From an uncultured Actinomycetes bacterium (GTDB lineage Bacteria > Actinomycetota > UBA4738 > HRBIN12), in the NCBI GenBank assembly GCA_963704885.1, contig CAVPIB010000004.1:704001-768000 (forward strand): a stretch of 64,000 nucleotides of DNA, read 5' to 3'. Below, one piece after another: positions 29,510 through 39,883 of this stretch; position 1 is the first letter of the stretch; each line of letters opens with the position of its first letter. Both the position numbers and the translations under genes were made by a program. The notes beneath the pieces are model-generated. The model saw only the letters and a list, made by a program, of their open reading frames with translations, ran no database searches and was not told the DNA's origin.

Positions 29510-30858
29510 TGCCCGGGCTGATCGGGGCGGACGGCTTCGCGGAAGTGGCCGCTGCCGCGCTCAGTCTTCCCGGCGTCGACGGGGTCGAGGTGTTATCGAT
29601 CCATGAATGGAGTGGGATCACCCGATTCGCCAACTCCGAGATCCACCAGTCCACCTTCCGGGAAGACACGGCGCTTCGGGTCCGAGTGGTATCGCGCGGT
29701 CGCACCGGTGTCGCATCGTCGAACGACTTCAGCCAAAGCGGGGCCCGGGAAGCGGCCCGCAGTGCCAAGGAGATGGCCGACGTGGCGGCTCCCGATCCAC
29801 ACTTCCCCGGGCTCGCACCCAAGGTCGATATCCCCTCGGTCGACCGCTTCTCCGAGGCGACCGCCGGCGCCACGCCCGCATCCCGCGCCGACGCCGTGGC
29901 CGAGCTCATCGGCCAGAGCCCGGACGGCTTCGTGGCCGCCGGCGCCTTCGAGACGGCCGCGGTCGAGCTGGGGCTCGCCAACACCGAGGGACTCGCCTGC
30001 TGGTCGCCGTCGTCCATGGCGTCGCTGACCACCGTCATGACGGGGGGCGAACATGGAAGCGGGTTCGCAGAGTCGTTCGCAGGTTCGGCCGACCAGATCG
30101 ACGCCCAGGCGATCGGACTCCGCGCGGCGGACAAGGCTGTTGCCAGCCAGCGGCCCGTTGCGCTCGACCCCGGGACCTACGCCGTGGTCCTGGAGCCGTC
30201 CGCGGTGGCGACCCTAGCGGGGTTCCTGGCCTACGTCGGGTTCGGCGGGCGGACCTACCTGGAGGATCGTTCGTGCTTCAGCGGCAAGCAGGGCATGCAG
30301 GTGGCCGCCCCGTCCATCTCCATGTGGGACGACGCCACCGATCCCAGGACGTTGGGCGCGCCGTTCGATTTCGAGGGTGTGCCGCGCCAACGGGTCCAGC
30401 TCATCGAGGACGGGGTCTTCCTGGACGCCGTCTACGACATGCGAACGGCCAAACAGGCAGGACGAACCTCCACCGGGCATGGACTCCCCTCACCCAACCC
30501 CGAGGGGCCGTTCCCGCTCAACGTCTTCATGGCCGAAGGCGAGAGCACCGTCGAGGAGATGATCGGCGCCACGGAGCGAGGGCTGTTGGTGACCCGGTTC
30601 CACTACTCGAACATCGTGAACCCGGTGGAGTCGAGCATCACCGGCATGACCCGCGACGGCACGTTCCTGATCGAGCGCGGCGAGGTCGTTGGCCCCGTCA
30701 TGAACTTCCGGTTCACTCAGTCCATCCTCGATGCCCTATCGAGTGTCTCGCTCGTTGGGAATCGAGCGGAGCTCGCGAGCGAGTTCTTCTTCTCCGCCTC
30801 CCGCGTCCCAGCGCTCAAGGTCGAGGCGTTCCACTTCAGCGGCCGCAGCGACCACTAG
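29509..30858 (+). CDS. pmbA: PmbA/TldE partner subunit
   Basis: TRFANSEIHQ, PG.Y.VVLEP.AV, FDFEG, TGMTRDG; lacks HExxxH; TGATG coupling to tldD. Confidence 0.88.
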   Translation: MPGLIGADGFAEVAAAALSLPGVDGVEVLSIHEWSGITRFANSEIHQSTFREDTALRVRVVSRGRTGVASSNDFSQSGAREAARSAKEMADVAAPDPHFPGLAPKVDIPSVDRFSEATAGATPASRADAVAELIGQSPDGFVAAGAFETAAVELGLANTEGLACWSPSSMASLTTVMTGGEHGSGFAESFAGSADQIDAQAIGLRAADKAVASQRPVALDPGTYAVVLEPSAVATLAGFLAYVGFGGRTYLEDRSCFSGKQGMQVAAPSISMWDDATDPRTLGAPFDFEGVPRQRVQLIEDGVFLDAVYDMRTAKQAGRTSTGHGLPSPNPEGPFPLNVFMAEGESTVEEMIGATERGLLVTRFHYSNIVNPVESSITGMTRDGTFLIERGEVVGPVMNFRFTQSILDALSSVSLVGNRAELASEFFFSASRVPALKVEAFHFSGRSDH

Positions 30859-30913
30859 TAGTCTGTGGGTGGCGCGGCCCGTGTCCGCGCGGCCCGGTGA
30901 TCTAGGAGGAGCC

Positions 30914-31381
30914 ATGCAGGTCGGGGACATCATGCACACCGACGTGAAGACGGCCGACGCCGAGGACACGTTCGCAGACGTGGCGAAGACCATGCGGACG
31001 AACGGCATCTCCTCAGTCGTCGTGCTCGAGGGCAAGAAGCTGGGAGGCATCGTCACCGAACGGGACATCGTCAATCTGGTGGCGGCCGGAGGCGACCCTC
31101 ACTCAGTCAGGGTGGCGCACGGCATGACTCGACGCGACCTGATCACGGTGGGCCCGAAGACGGATATCGCCGAAGCCGCGGAGCTGATGGTGGATCGCAA
31201 CATCCGACACCTCCCGGTGGTGGATCGCACCCGCGTCGTCGGGTTGGTCTCCATCCGCGATCTCACGAAGTGGGCCGCCGAGGAGCTGGCCGGCGGTCAC
31301 GAGATGCCGGACATCGCGCGGAGCCACAAGGCGTTGCAGGCCGCGAGCGAACTCCAGAAGCAGCGTCGCAAGGGCGCCTAG
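30914..31381 (+). CDS. CBS-pair domain protein
   Basis: GIVTERD and IRHLPV..VGLVSIRD; AGGAGG RBS. Confidence 0.9.
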   Translation: MQVGDIMHTDVKTADAEDTFADVAKTMRTNGISSVVVLEGKKLGGIVTERDIVNLVAAGGDPHSVRVAHGMTRRDLITVGPKTDIAEAAELMVDRNIRHLPVVDRTRVVGLVSIRDLTKWAAEELAGGHEMPDIARSHKALQAASELQKQRRKGA

Positions 31382-31429
31382 CTCGCGGATCTCGGAAAGA
31401 GTCAACCTGGGATCGGACGCGCTCGCCGG

Positions 31430-32101
31430 TCACAGCCCCGTCGCCAGCATCGCCCGAAGCGCGCCCGGCAGCTCATCCAAGCCGTGGATCGCGGCATCGG
31501 CCTCGGCGAGCTGTCCCGGGGTCGGATCGTCGGGCGCCTCACCTCTCAGCAGCCAGACGGCACGCATCCCGGCGGCCCTCGAAGGACGAACGTCGTAGTC
31601 CAGGCGATCGCCCACCATCGCGCTCCGGCCAGGCGCTACCGCGGCCGTCTGCAGAACGTGTGCGAACAACCGTGGGTCTGGCTTCTCCAGTCCAACGTCC
31701 TCGGAAACTCCCCACACCTCGAAGTACCCGTCGAGACCGTCACGACTCATGGCGTCTCTCACCGCGCTCGGCTGGTTGGCGATGACGCCCAAACGGTACT
31801 TCCCCGCGAGCGCCTCGAGGCACGGGACCACGTCGGGTTCAAGCGCGTCCGGCGGATACGCCCAATGCCGCGAGGCCTCGGCCTCGAGCGCCGCCACGTC
31901 GGCATGCTCCCCCAGGAATCGCTTCGCGAGCAGCCGGCGGAACGAGCCCGACTGCGCCGCGCGAGCCTGCCGGTAGACGTCGTCGAACTCCAGGTCGCTG
32001 AACTCGGCCCCGAGCGTGCGGAGCGCGGCGTTCAGCGCGCGAGCATAGACCGTGTCGTCGTAGATCACGCCGCCGATGTCGAAGAACACCATCTCGAGCA
32101 C
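31430..32101 (-). CDS. HAD family hydrolase
   Basis: FFDIGGV, KPDP, MVGDRLDYD. Confidence 0.88.
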   Translation of the reverse strand: MLEMVFFDIGGVIYDDTVYARALNAALRTLGAEFSDLEFDDVYRQARAAQSGSFRRLLAKRFLGEHADVAALEAEASRHWAYPPDALEPDVVPCLEALAGKYRLGVIANQPSAVRDAMSRDGLDGYFEVWGVSEDVGLEKPDPRLFAHVLQTAAVAPGRSAMVGDRLDYDVRPSRAAGMRAVWLLRGEAPDDPTPGQLAEADAAIHGLDELPGALRAMLATGL

Positions 32102-32124
32102 GCCCCGATGCTAGCGGGCGATGC

Positions 32125-32973
32125 TCAGCGAGGTCGTGACTGGCGACCGGCGCGACGCCGGAGCTCGGCGAATCGATCGGCGTCCGTGGTATCGCACCCC
32201 ATCCGGACGGGCTCGTAGCGATGGCCGTGACAATCAGAAGCGCCCGTGGCCACCAGGTCAAGTCGATCCGCAATGGCTCGGTACCGGGCGCGCTGCGCCT
32301 CGTCGTGATCCGGGTGATCGACCTCCAGTCCCACCATGCCACCCTCGGCCATGGCCTCGATCAGGTCGTCGGGCACCGACCCCTGACCCTTCCACATCCC
32401 AGGGTGAGCCAGCACGCAGACCCCGCCGGCCCCACCGATCAGCGTGAGCGCGTCGAGTGGATGCAAGGCATGCTTGGGAACCCACGCGAGACCGCCGTCG
32501 GCGATGAACTCCTCGGTGAACGCCGCCTTCTCGTTCGAAACGATCCCGGCCTCCACCATCGCCTGAGCAACGTGGGGACGGGCGATCGTGTCGCCGCCGG
32601 CGATCTCCCGTACGCGCCCGAAGTCGATCGGGTAACCCAGCTCCTGTAGCTTCTCCACCATGAGCTCTCCACGACGGAACCTGGTGTCGGTCAACCGCTG
32701 CAGCTCGGCCAGCAGGTCCTCGTTCGCCGGGTCGATCCAGTAGGCCAACACGTGGAGGCTGGCCTCCTCGTACTCGGCGGAGAACTCGATGCCGGGGATC
32801 ACCACGATCCGGCCGTGAGCTGACGCCTCAGCCTCGTTCAACCCTTCCAGCGTGTCGTGATCGGTGATCGCGACGCCGGTCAGCTCAAGTTCGATGGCGA
32901 GCTGTACCGCCTCCGTCGGCGTGAACGTGCCGTCGGAGCGGTTGGTGTGAACGTGGAGGTCGTATCCGGCCAT
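32125..32973 (-). CDS. PHP domain phosphoesterase (TrpH/YciV-like)
   Basis: DLHVHT..SDG, ITDHD, RPH, LAHP, SDCH. Confidence 0.92.
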   Translation of the reverse strand: MAGYDLHVHTNRSDGTFTPTEAVQLAIELELTGVAITDHDTLEGLNEAEASAHGRIVVIPGIEFSAEYEEASLHVLAYWIDPANEDLLAELQRLTDTRFRRGELMVEKLQELGYPIDFGRVREIAGGDTIARPHVAQAMVEAGIVSNEKAAFTEEFIADGGLAWVPKHALHPLDALTLIGGAGGVCVLAHPGMWKGQGSVPDDLIEAMAEGGMVGLEVDHPDHDEAQRARYRAIADRLDLVATGASDCHGHRYEPVRMGCDTTDADRFAELRRRAGRQSRPR

Positions 32974-33021
32974 GACCGTCGATGGTGACAGATGCCGGCG
33001 AGCGCCGTCACGCCGGAGGCT

Positions 33022-34047
33022 CTAAGGAGCTGGAGTCACGAGAGCATCGGTGATCTCGGTGACCGTGCGGCATCCGGTGAGGGCCATGGCATTCTCGAAC
33101 TCCGCACGCAGCAGATCGAGCACATGTGACACGCCCGCCTGCCCGTCGACCGCGAGACCCCAGATGAGCGGCCTGGCCACCATCACCGCAGCCGCCCCGA
33201 GCGCGAGGGCTTTCAAGATGTCGGTCCCCCGCCGCACGCCGCCGTCGACCAGTACAGGAACGCGGCCGGCCACGGCGTCCACCACCTCGGGCAGCGCCGT
33301 GATACCGGCGGGCGCCCCATCAAGCTGTCGCCCCCCGTGGTTCGATACGACGATCCCGTCGACACCGGCCGCGACCGCGAGCTCGGCGTCCTCGGCCGTG
33401 AGGATTCCCTTGACCAGAACCCCCAGGCCGGGCGTGCGCTCACGGATCCACCCGATGTCATCCCAGGAAAGCAGTGGGTCGAAGGTGAGCGACGACTTCG
33501 GCATGCCGATCGGCAGCTTGAAGCCGTTCCGCGTGTCGCGGTGCCGCAGACCCATCACGGGGAAATCGACGGTCAGACAGACCGCGCCGTAGCCGGCGGC
33601 CACGACCCTGCTCAGCATCTCCGACGTGATCTTTCGATCCTCGAAGACGTAGAGCTGCCACCACTTCGGTCCGGCGGACGCCTCGGCGACATCCTCCAGG
33701 AACTCGATCGCGGTGGACGACACCACCATGGTGGTGCCGGCGGCGGCGGCGGCCCTGGCCGTGGCGAGCTCACCGTCCGGGTGAGCCAGCCCCTGGTACG
33801 CCCACGGCGCCACCAGAACCGGGAACGAGATAGGCACCCCGAGGATGCTCGTGGAGGGATCCGGTCTGCCCGCCCCGCGCAGGTAGCGCGGCCGGAGCCT
33901 CCAACGATCGAACGCATGGCGGTTCTCCGCGAGCGTCCACTCATCGCCTGCGCCGCCCGCGTAGAAGTCGTACACGTCGCCTGGGAGATGCTCTCGCGCG
34001 ATCGGCTCGTAGTCGTCGACAGTCACGATCTGCCGGGTATCGTCCAC
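33022..34047 (-). CDS. FMN-dependent alpha-hydroxy acid oxidase
   Basis: GGAGDE, WWQLY, VKGI, SNHGGRQLD, DGGVRRG.D..KALALGA. Confidence 0.93.
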   Translation of the reverse strand: MDDTRQIVTVDDYEPIAREHLPGDVYDFYAGGAGDEWTLAENRHAFDRWRLRPRYLRGAGRPDPSTSILGVPISFPVLVAPWAYQGLAHPDGELATARAAAAAGTTMVVSSTAIEFLEDVAEASAGPKWWQLYVFEDRKITSEMLSRVVAAGYGAVCLTVDFPVMGLRHRDTRNGFKLPIGMPKSSLTFDPLLSWDDIGWIRERTPGLGVLVKGILTAEDAELAVAAGVDGIVVSNHGGRQLDGAPAGITALPEVVDAVAGRVPVLVDGGVRRGTDILKALALGAAAVMVARPLIWGLAVDGQAGVSHVLDLLRAEFENAMALTGCRTVTEITDALVTPAP

Positions 34048-34094
34048 GGCCCGAGCCTAGCGGACCGAGGACCCACTGCTACGATGCGGCGGTC

Positions 34095-34676
34095 GTGGTG
34101 AGCTCTCCGGACGCGCGCGCCGCTGCCTTCCTGAAGGGCATCACTTACCTCCGCATCGTGCTGACGCCCGTCGTGATGGCCTTGGTGCTCATCCCCGAAA
34201 GCAGCAGGACCGTCGACTTGGCCGCGGCCGCCCTGTTCGCGATCGCTGCTGCCACGGATTTCTTCGACGGACGGCTGGCCCGGCGCTGGAAGCAGACCAC
34301 AACCCTCGGCACGTTCCTGGACACCACGGCCGACAAGCTGTTGGTGTCGGGCGTCCTGATCGCCCTGGTCTCCGTGGGGCTCGCGTCGGCGTGGGTCGCT
34401 TTCATCATCGTGGGGCGTGAGGTCGTGATCTTGGGATTGCGCGGCGCGGTCAGCGCCGCCGACGGCACCGTCGTGAAGCCGTCGATCTGGGGGAAGTTGA
34501 AAGCTAACGTTCAGTTCCTGGCGATCTTCCTGGCGATCCTTCGTGCGGGAGAGCCCATCGGTCCGCTCTACCTGGACCAGTACGTCATGCTCGCGGCGGC
34601 CGTGGTCACCCTCGGTTCGGGGGTCGAATACTTCGCCAGGTTCGGCGGGATGCTCACCCGGCGATCCGACCGGTAG
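34095..34676 (+). CDS. CDP-alcohol phosphatidyltransferase (PgsA-like)
   Basis: TDFFDGRLARR.....LG.FLD..ADK. Confidence 0.9.
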   Translation: MVSSPDARAAAFLKGITYLRIVLTPVVMALVLIPESSRTVDLAAAALFAIAAATDFFDGRLARRWKQTTTLGTFLDTTADKLLVSGVLIALVSVGLASAWVAFIIVGREVVILGLRGAVSAADGTVVKPSIWGKLKANVQFLAIFLAILRAGEPIGPLYLDQYVMLAAAVVTLGSGVEYFARFGGMLTRRSDR

Positions 34677-34680
34677 CTGC

Positions 34681-35688
34681 GTGTCGGGGCCCGCGTTCGT
34701 CACGGGGGGGAGCGGGTTCGTCGGCGGGGCGTTGCTGGCCAGGCTCATCGCGGACGGTCGTGACGTTCGGGCGCTCGCCCGGTCGGCGGAGGCCGCCGCA
34801 TCCGTGGAGGCCGCAGGCGCCCGCTCGGTCGCGGGCGATCTGTCAGACGTAGCCGCATTGCTCGAAGGTATGCGTGGCTGCGAGACCGTGTTCCACGTGG
34901 CCGGCATGAACGCGATGTGCATGCGGGACCCCGAGGCCATGCTTCGCACGAACGTGGAAGGCTCCGAGGCCGTGCTGCGCGCCGCGGCGGCGGTGGGTGC
35001 GCGGAGGCTGGTGCTGACCTCGTCGGCCACCACGATCGGCGAACCCATGGGGGTCGTCGGCCGTGAGGACACCCCGCACCGCGGAACGTTCCTCTCCGAG
35101 TACGAGCGCTCGAAGTTCCTCGCCGAGCAGCGGGTGCTCGGCCTCGCCGAGGAACTGGACGTCCAGGTGGTGTGCGTGAACCCCTCATCCGTCCAGGGTC
35201 CGGGACGGACCGGTGGTTCGGCCCGGATCCTCATCCGCTCTGTGGACGCGCGGCTCCCGTTCATCGTCAACACCCATCTGTCGATCGTTGACGTGGAAGA
35301 CTGCACGCAGGCGCACGTCTTGGCGGAGTCGCGCGGCACGTCCGGCCAAAGGTACGTGGTCAGCGGGGCGAGTCTGACGACGCGGCGAGCGGTGGAGCTG
35401 ATAAGGAGCGTCGCCGGTCGACCAAGGCGCGCGTTCCGTCTGCCCAGGAGCGCGGCGACCGCCGCGGGAGTCATCGCGTCGGGGATCTCCGCCGTGACCG
35501 GCCGCTCCGTCCCCTTCTGCCCCGAGCTCGCGCGCACGCTGCTGCATGGGCACCGCTACGACGGTTCGTTGGCGACCCGGGATCTGGGACTCTCCTACTG
35601 CCCGCTCGAGGACACCATCGAACGCACGTTGCGCTGGTACGCCGACCGGGGTGTGATCCGGCCGCTGCCCACCGGAGGCGTACCATGA
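34681..35688 (+). CDS. NAD-dependent epimerase/dehydratase (dihydroflavonol reductase/HpnA-like)
   Basis: [29 protein letters not shown]. Confidence 0.85.
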   Translation: MSGPAFVTGGSGFVGGALLARLIADGRDVRALARSAEAAASVEAAGARSVAGDLSDVAALLEGMRGCETVFHVAGMNAMCMRDPEAMLRTNVEGSEAVLRAAAAVGARRLVLTSSATTIGEPMGVVGREDTPHRGTFLSEYERSKFLAEQRVLGLAEELDVQVVCVNPSSVQGPGRTGGSARILIRSVDARLPFIVNTHLSIVDVEDCTQAHVLAESRGTSGQRYVVSGASLTTRRAVELIRSVAGRPRRAFRLPRSAATAAGVIASGISAVTGRSVPFCPELARTLLHGHRYDGSLATRDLGLSYCPLEDTIERTLRWYADRGVIRPLPTGGVP

Positions 35689-35734
35689 CGGTCCGACCGC
35701 CTTGCCCGCGACGCGTCCGACCACGGAGGGCCTT

Positions 35735-36727
35735 GTGAACGAGAGCCGACCAGACCGCAACCTCGCGCTGGAGCTGGTCCGCGTGACCGAAGCGGCGGCG
35801 CTTGCCGCCGGTCGCTGGATCGGTCACGGCGACAAGATCGCGGCCGATGGGGCCGCGGTCGACGCCATGAGACTGATGATCGACACGGTCTCGATGCACG
35901 GAACGGTCGTGATCGGCGAGGGTGAGAAGGATGAAGCGCCGATGCTCTTCAACGGTGAGGAGGTTGGCGACGGCACCGGGCCGGGGGTCGACGTTGCGGT
36001 TGACCCGATCGACGGCACGCGCCTCACCAGCCTCGGTCAGCCGAACGCCCTGGCGGTGATCGCGCTCGCCGAACGGGGCACCATGTTCTTCCCAGGCGCC
36101 GCGGTTTACATGGAGAAGGTCGCCACCGGACCCCAGGCCGCCGATGCGATCGACGTGGCCGCGCCTCCCGCGGAGAACGTCAGGCGCGTCGCCAAGGCGA
36201 AAGGTGTCGGTCCCGAGGACATCACCGTGACGATCCTCGATCGGGACCGCCACGTCGACATGATCGAGGCCGTTCGCGGGGTGGGCGCTCGCGTGTTCCT
36301 GATATCCGACGGCGACGTTGCCGGCGCCATCGCGGCCGCCACCCCACGGTCCGGGATCGACCTGCTGCTCGGGATCGGAGGCACGCCCGAAGGGGTGATC
36401 GCGGCCGCCGCATTGAAGTGTCTCGGCGGTGCCATCCAGGGCCGGCTGTGGCCGCGGGACGACCAGGAGCGCGCGACTCTGGTGGAGCAGGGCTTCGACC
36501 TGGATCGGGTCCTCGGGACGGACGATCTGGTGTCGGGGGACGAGGTCTTCTTCGCGGCCACGGGGATCACCGACGGCTCCCTCCTGCGCGGAGTGAAGTA
36601 CTGGCCCGACGGCGCAACCACGCATTCCATGGTGATGCGCTCGCATTCGGGAACCGTCCGCTACGTCGAGGCCGAGCATCAGTTCCAGAAACTCGAACGA
36701 TTCTCGGCGATCGCGTACCGCCGGTAA
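35735..36727 (+). CDS. glpX: Class II fructose-1,6-bisphosphatase
   Basis: [40 protein letters not shown]. Confidence 0.97.
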   Translation: MNESRPDRNLALELVRVTEAAALAAGRWIGHGDKIAADGAAVDAMRLMIDTVSMHGTVVIGEGEKDEAPMLFNGEEVGDGTGPGVDVAVDPIDGTRLTSLGQPNALAVIALAERGTMFFPGAAVYMEKVATGPQAADAIDVAAPPAENVRRVAKAKGVGPEDITVTILDRDRHVDMIEAVRGVGARVFLISDGDVAGAIAAATPRSGIDLLLGIGGTPEGVIAAAALKCLGGAIQGRLWPRDDQERATLVEQGFDLDRVLGTDDLVSGDEVFFAATGITDGSLLRGVKYWPDGATTHSMVMRSHSGTVRYVEAEHQFQKLERFSAIAYRR

Positions 36728-36811
36728 GGGTCGCAGCGATACCTGGCAGCCGTCAGTACCGCTCCGATTCGGCTATCGTGCGCCCCGAACGACCTGAAGG
36801 AAGGAGCCAGG

Positions 36812-37069
36812 ATGGCCGAGAAGACGATCCTCGTCTGCGACACATGCGGCAAGCCCGCTGCCGAGACCGTCACCATCAAGACCTCGCGCGGGAACTTCGT
36901 GAAGGACCTCTGTCCGTCGCACGTGAACGAGCTGACCGCGGGAGCGCGCAAACCGCGCCGCGGGCGGCCTCGCGCGGTTGCAGGCACCGCTCCGAGGAAG
37001 CCCGCCGCCAAGAAGACGACACGCGCCGCGCCCAAGCGTCGCGGGCGGCCGCGGAAGAAGCCGGTCTAG
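36812..37069 (+). CDS. Lsr2-like small basic nucleoid protein with CxxC/CxxH and two AT-hooks
   Basis: MAEKTILVCDTCG..AAETV......F..DLC..H resembles the Lsr2 oligomerisation domain; PRRGRPR and KRRGRPRK; AAGGAG RBS. Confidence 0.7.
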   Translation: MAEKTILVCDTCGKPAAETVTIKTSRGNFVKDLCPSHVNELTAGARKPRRGRPRAVAGTAPRKPAAKKTTRAAPKRRGRPRKKPV

Positions 37070-37302
37070 CCGCTCCCCGACTCGCCTTCTGGTTCGGCGA
37101 TCGCGTATACGCCCTTCCCTGTCTTCATCACCGTGCCCGCGCGCACGCCCTCGCGCAACGCCAGCTGCACACGGCCGCGGACGTCCGTGGTAGTGAATGG
37201 GTCGATCAGGCCTTGGCGAAGGACCCTATCCAGGACCACCGTCCAGTGCAGCGGTTCGCCGGCGGTTCGCAGGACCTCTTCCACGGCGTGGGCGGGGTCC
37301 AT
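37066..37302 (-). CDS. Small winged-helix protein (HARE-HTH-like)
   Basis: AVEEVLR.AGEPLHW...L..GLI...KTGKGVY; start overlaps the LLM gene stop. Confidence 0.6.
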   Translation of the reverse strand: MDPAHAVEEVLRTAGEPLHWTVVLDRVLRQGLIDPFTTTDVRGRVQLALREGVRAGTVMKTGKGVYAIAEPEGESGSG

Positions 37303-38312
37303 CAGGCGTGGACATCGCCGTAGGCGATGAGCTCCTGTGCGAAGAGCTCGAGCTGTTCCGGCTCCTGGAGCGCGAACGGAAGTACCCACGGCGAGATGAC
37401 TATCTCCTCGACACCGAGCCCGGCGAAGGTCCGGACACGGTCGCGCACCTGCTCCGGCGTCCCGGACAGGGTATCCGCACGCCAGTCGTCGTGCGACTCG
37501 CCGTCCAACGCCCCGCCGGGCATGGAGGCGCGCCCACGCTCGAAGACGGCTCGAGCCGCGCTCTCATCCATGCCGATCAATCCATAGAGCCCCACAGACA
37601 GACGAAGCGTCGCCGGGTCGCGACCTACGGCCTCGCACGCCCGCCTGGCGGCCGCCACCCGCTCACCGTAGGCCTCGGGCGTCCATCTCCAGGCCGCGTT
37701 CCATCCGTCCGCGTAGCGGGCCGCCAGGTCCAGGGCACGGTCGCCGCCCTTCGCTCCCAACCACACCGGGACCTGGGGCTCCTGGATCGAGGGAGGCAGC
37801 AGCACGGCGTCGCGGAGATGGAACGGGCCCGCGTCCAACGTGACCGGCTCGGGACCTCGCAACGCGGTCAGCAACTCCAGGGCATGCTCCAACATGTCGA
37901 ACCGGTCCCCCGCCGATCCGAACGGCAGACCGAAGGCGGTGAACTCCTCCTCGAACCACCCCGCACCGATGCCCAGGTCGAACCGGCCGCCGCTGATCCT
38001 GTCGATGGTGGCGGCCATCTTGGCAAGGAGCGCGGGATGGCGGAACGGAGCCGACAGGACCAGGCTGCCCAGACGCACCCGCTCGGTCACGGCCGCGAGC
38101 CCCGCGAGGGCGGTCATCGCCTCGAGCGAGGCTATCGGTGCAGGTTCCACACCGTAACGAGAGAACGTGTAGAGGAGGTGATCGGACACCCAGAGCGAGT
38201 CGAACCCCAACGCCTCGGCACGTCGCGCGACCGCCGACATCGCGTGGAAGCTGATGGGCTCGGCGTCCGGGAGCGAGAAGCCGTAGTGAGGCAGAGCCAG
38301 CCCGAAGCGCAT
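37302..38312 (-). CDS. Luciferase-like (LLM) oxidoreductase, probably F420-dependent
   Basis: AE.LGFDSLWVSDH, RHPALLAKMAATID.ISGGR..LGIGAGW, ADGWN. Confidence 0.9.
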   Translation of the reverse strand: MRFGLALPHYGFSLPDAEPISFHAMSAVARRAEALGFDSLWVSDHLLYTFSRYGVEPAPIASLEAMTALAGLAAVTERVRLGSLVLSAPFRHPALLAKMAATIDRISGGRFDLGIGAGWFEEEFTAFGLPFGSAGDRFDMLEHALELLTALRGPEPVTLDAGPFHLRDAVLLPPSIQEPQVPVWLGAKGGDRALDLAARYADGWNAAWRWTPEAYGERVAAARRACEAVGRDPATLRLSVGLYGLIGMDESAARAVFERGRASMPGGALDGESHDDWRADTLSGTPEQVRDRVRTFAGLGVEEIVISPWVLPFALQEPEQLELFAQELIAYGDVHA

Positions 38313-38351
38313 GCGCGGAGGATACGACGCGGCGTCAGCGCGGCTCGGTCG

Positions 38352-39149
38352 CTAGGGGGCGGGAGTGGAGATGGCGTTCTGGAGGGTCACGCTGCCTTGC
38401 AGCACGATCGACCCGTCCGAGCTACGCACCTCGATCCCGGTGTACCGGGAGAGATCCAGGTTGAACCGCCGGAACGCGATCGCGCCGCCACCCGAATCGA
38501 GTGACCTGATCACGCCTACCCGGAGCATCCGGCCGCGCTCCGAGAACAGGAACACCCGGAACGGGAGCCCCTCGGCATCCGAAGGCCCGAACCCGTTCAC
38601 CATCACGATCGCCACGTCGGGTGTGGTCGACGACGCCAACGTGACGGCGGAACCGCTGGCCGTCGCTCCGCGGGTCTCAGCGGTCAGATTGGCGACGGAC
38701 ACCTGGTTGCTTGGGTCGGCGAACTCCAGCTCGGCCAAGAGCTGCTGGAACCGCTGGGCGGCATCGGCCTGTTCGTCCTTCACCTGCTCTGAGAGATCCT
38801 CGAAGCGCGCAGCCCGCCCGGCCATGACCGCCCCCCAACCCAGGCCCGAGACGGCGACCATCCCAGCCACGGCGAGCGCGACAGCTAGCCGACCACGGCG
38901 AGCCACGAGCGGCTGGCGTTTCGAAGTCACGGAGCCGACGACGTCAACGATGCGGTCCGCGAGATCCGGGCCGGGCTCCACGGGAGCGAGCGCGAACGCG
39001 AACGTCGCCGCCGCGCTCTCTAACTCGCCGGCCTCCTTCCTGCAGGCGGCGCACCAGGCGAGATGCCGATCCAACACCTGAACCTCGCTCGGCGGCACGG
39101 CGCCGAGCGCGCGCTCGGGAAGTCTGTCGCGAACCGCGACGCAGTTCAC
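38352..39149 (-). CDS. Zinc-finger (ZAS) transmembrane anti-sigma factor, RskA-like
   Basis: HLAWCAAC (HxxxCxxC), one TM helix and an extracytoplasmic domain; coupled to the sigma gene. Confidence 0.85.
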   Translation of the reverse strand: MNCVAVRDRLPERALGAVPPSEVQVLDRHLAWCAACRKEAGELESAAATFAFALAPVEPGPDLADRIVDVVGSVTSKRQPLVARRGRLAVALAVAGMVAVSGLGWGAVMAGRAARFEDLSEQVKDEQADAAQRFQQLLAELEFADPSNQVSVANLTAETRGATASGSAVTLASSTTPDVAIVMVNGFGPSDAEGLPFRVFLFSERGRMLRVGVIRSLDSGGGAIAFRRFNLDLSRYTGIEVRSSDGSIVLQGSVTLQNAISTPAP

Positions 39150-39718
39150 GACGGCTCCTTGCCTTCGTTCGCGCGACGGACCTTGATGAGAGCGGCACGC
39201 AGCCTCGTCTTCACCGTGCCCAACGGGATCCCGTCCGCCTCGGCGATCTCACGGGCGGTGAGGCCCCGGAAGTACGACCGCGCCAGCAACCGGCGTTCCG
39301 CGTCCGAGAGCGACGCGAGCGCGCGCATGGCCGCATCGCGTTCGAGCACCACCGCCTCTTCGTCGACGCCCGGGCGCTCCGGCACCTCGTCGACCAGCAC
39401 CAGCGTGGGTCGAGTCACCCCAGTTTCACGCCTGAGCCGATCGACCGCCAAGTTGTGCGCGATCGTCATGAGCCATGTAGACAGGCGACCCCGCGTGGCG
39501 TCGAACCGAGCCGCCTTGCGCCAAGCCGTGAGGAAGACGTCCTGCGTGAGCTCCTCGGCCGCCTCGCGGGTTCCGAGCAGGCGCATGCCAAGCGTGTAGA
39601 CCGGTCGTCCGAAGCGCGCATAGATCGCGCGGATGGCAACGTCGTCACCTGCCAGGAGTCCTTCCACCAATCGCTGTTCCTCTCGAGGGAGGAGCGGACC
39701 GTCGTTCCGAGCTTGCAC
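39146..39718 (-). CDS. ECF RNA polymerase sigma factor (SigK-like)
   Basis: AEELTQDVF..AW, WL.TIA.N.AVD, EIA...GIPLGTVKTRL. Confidence 0.92.
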   Translation of the reverse strand: MQARNDGPLLPREEQRLVEGLLAGDDVAIRAIYARFGRPVYTLGMRLLGTREAAEELTQDVFLTAWRKAARFDATRGRLSTWLMTIAHNLAVDRLRRETGVTRPTLVLVDEVPERPGVDEEAVVLERDAAMRALASLSDAERRLLARSYFRGLTAREIAEADGIPLGTVKTRLRAALIKVRRANEGKEPS

Positions 39719-39883
39719 CCGATGTTCCCTTCGATATACGGCGCCTGGACTCCGCGCGGCTTGCGGGCCACCGGCGCTTCGATTATCACCTGTCCACCTT
39801 CAAACATGCACGACTTCGAACCCAGGGCGTAGGCTGACGGCTATCGGCACGCGTAACAAGGGGTGGCCTTGCGGGTTGTGCGC

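Noticed and set aside
39841-39869. GCCGATAG sigma28-like -10 upstream of the ECF sigma gene
   Set aside because: There is no matching -35 element at the 15-nt spacing (AGGCCA).
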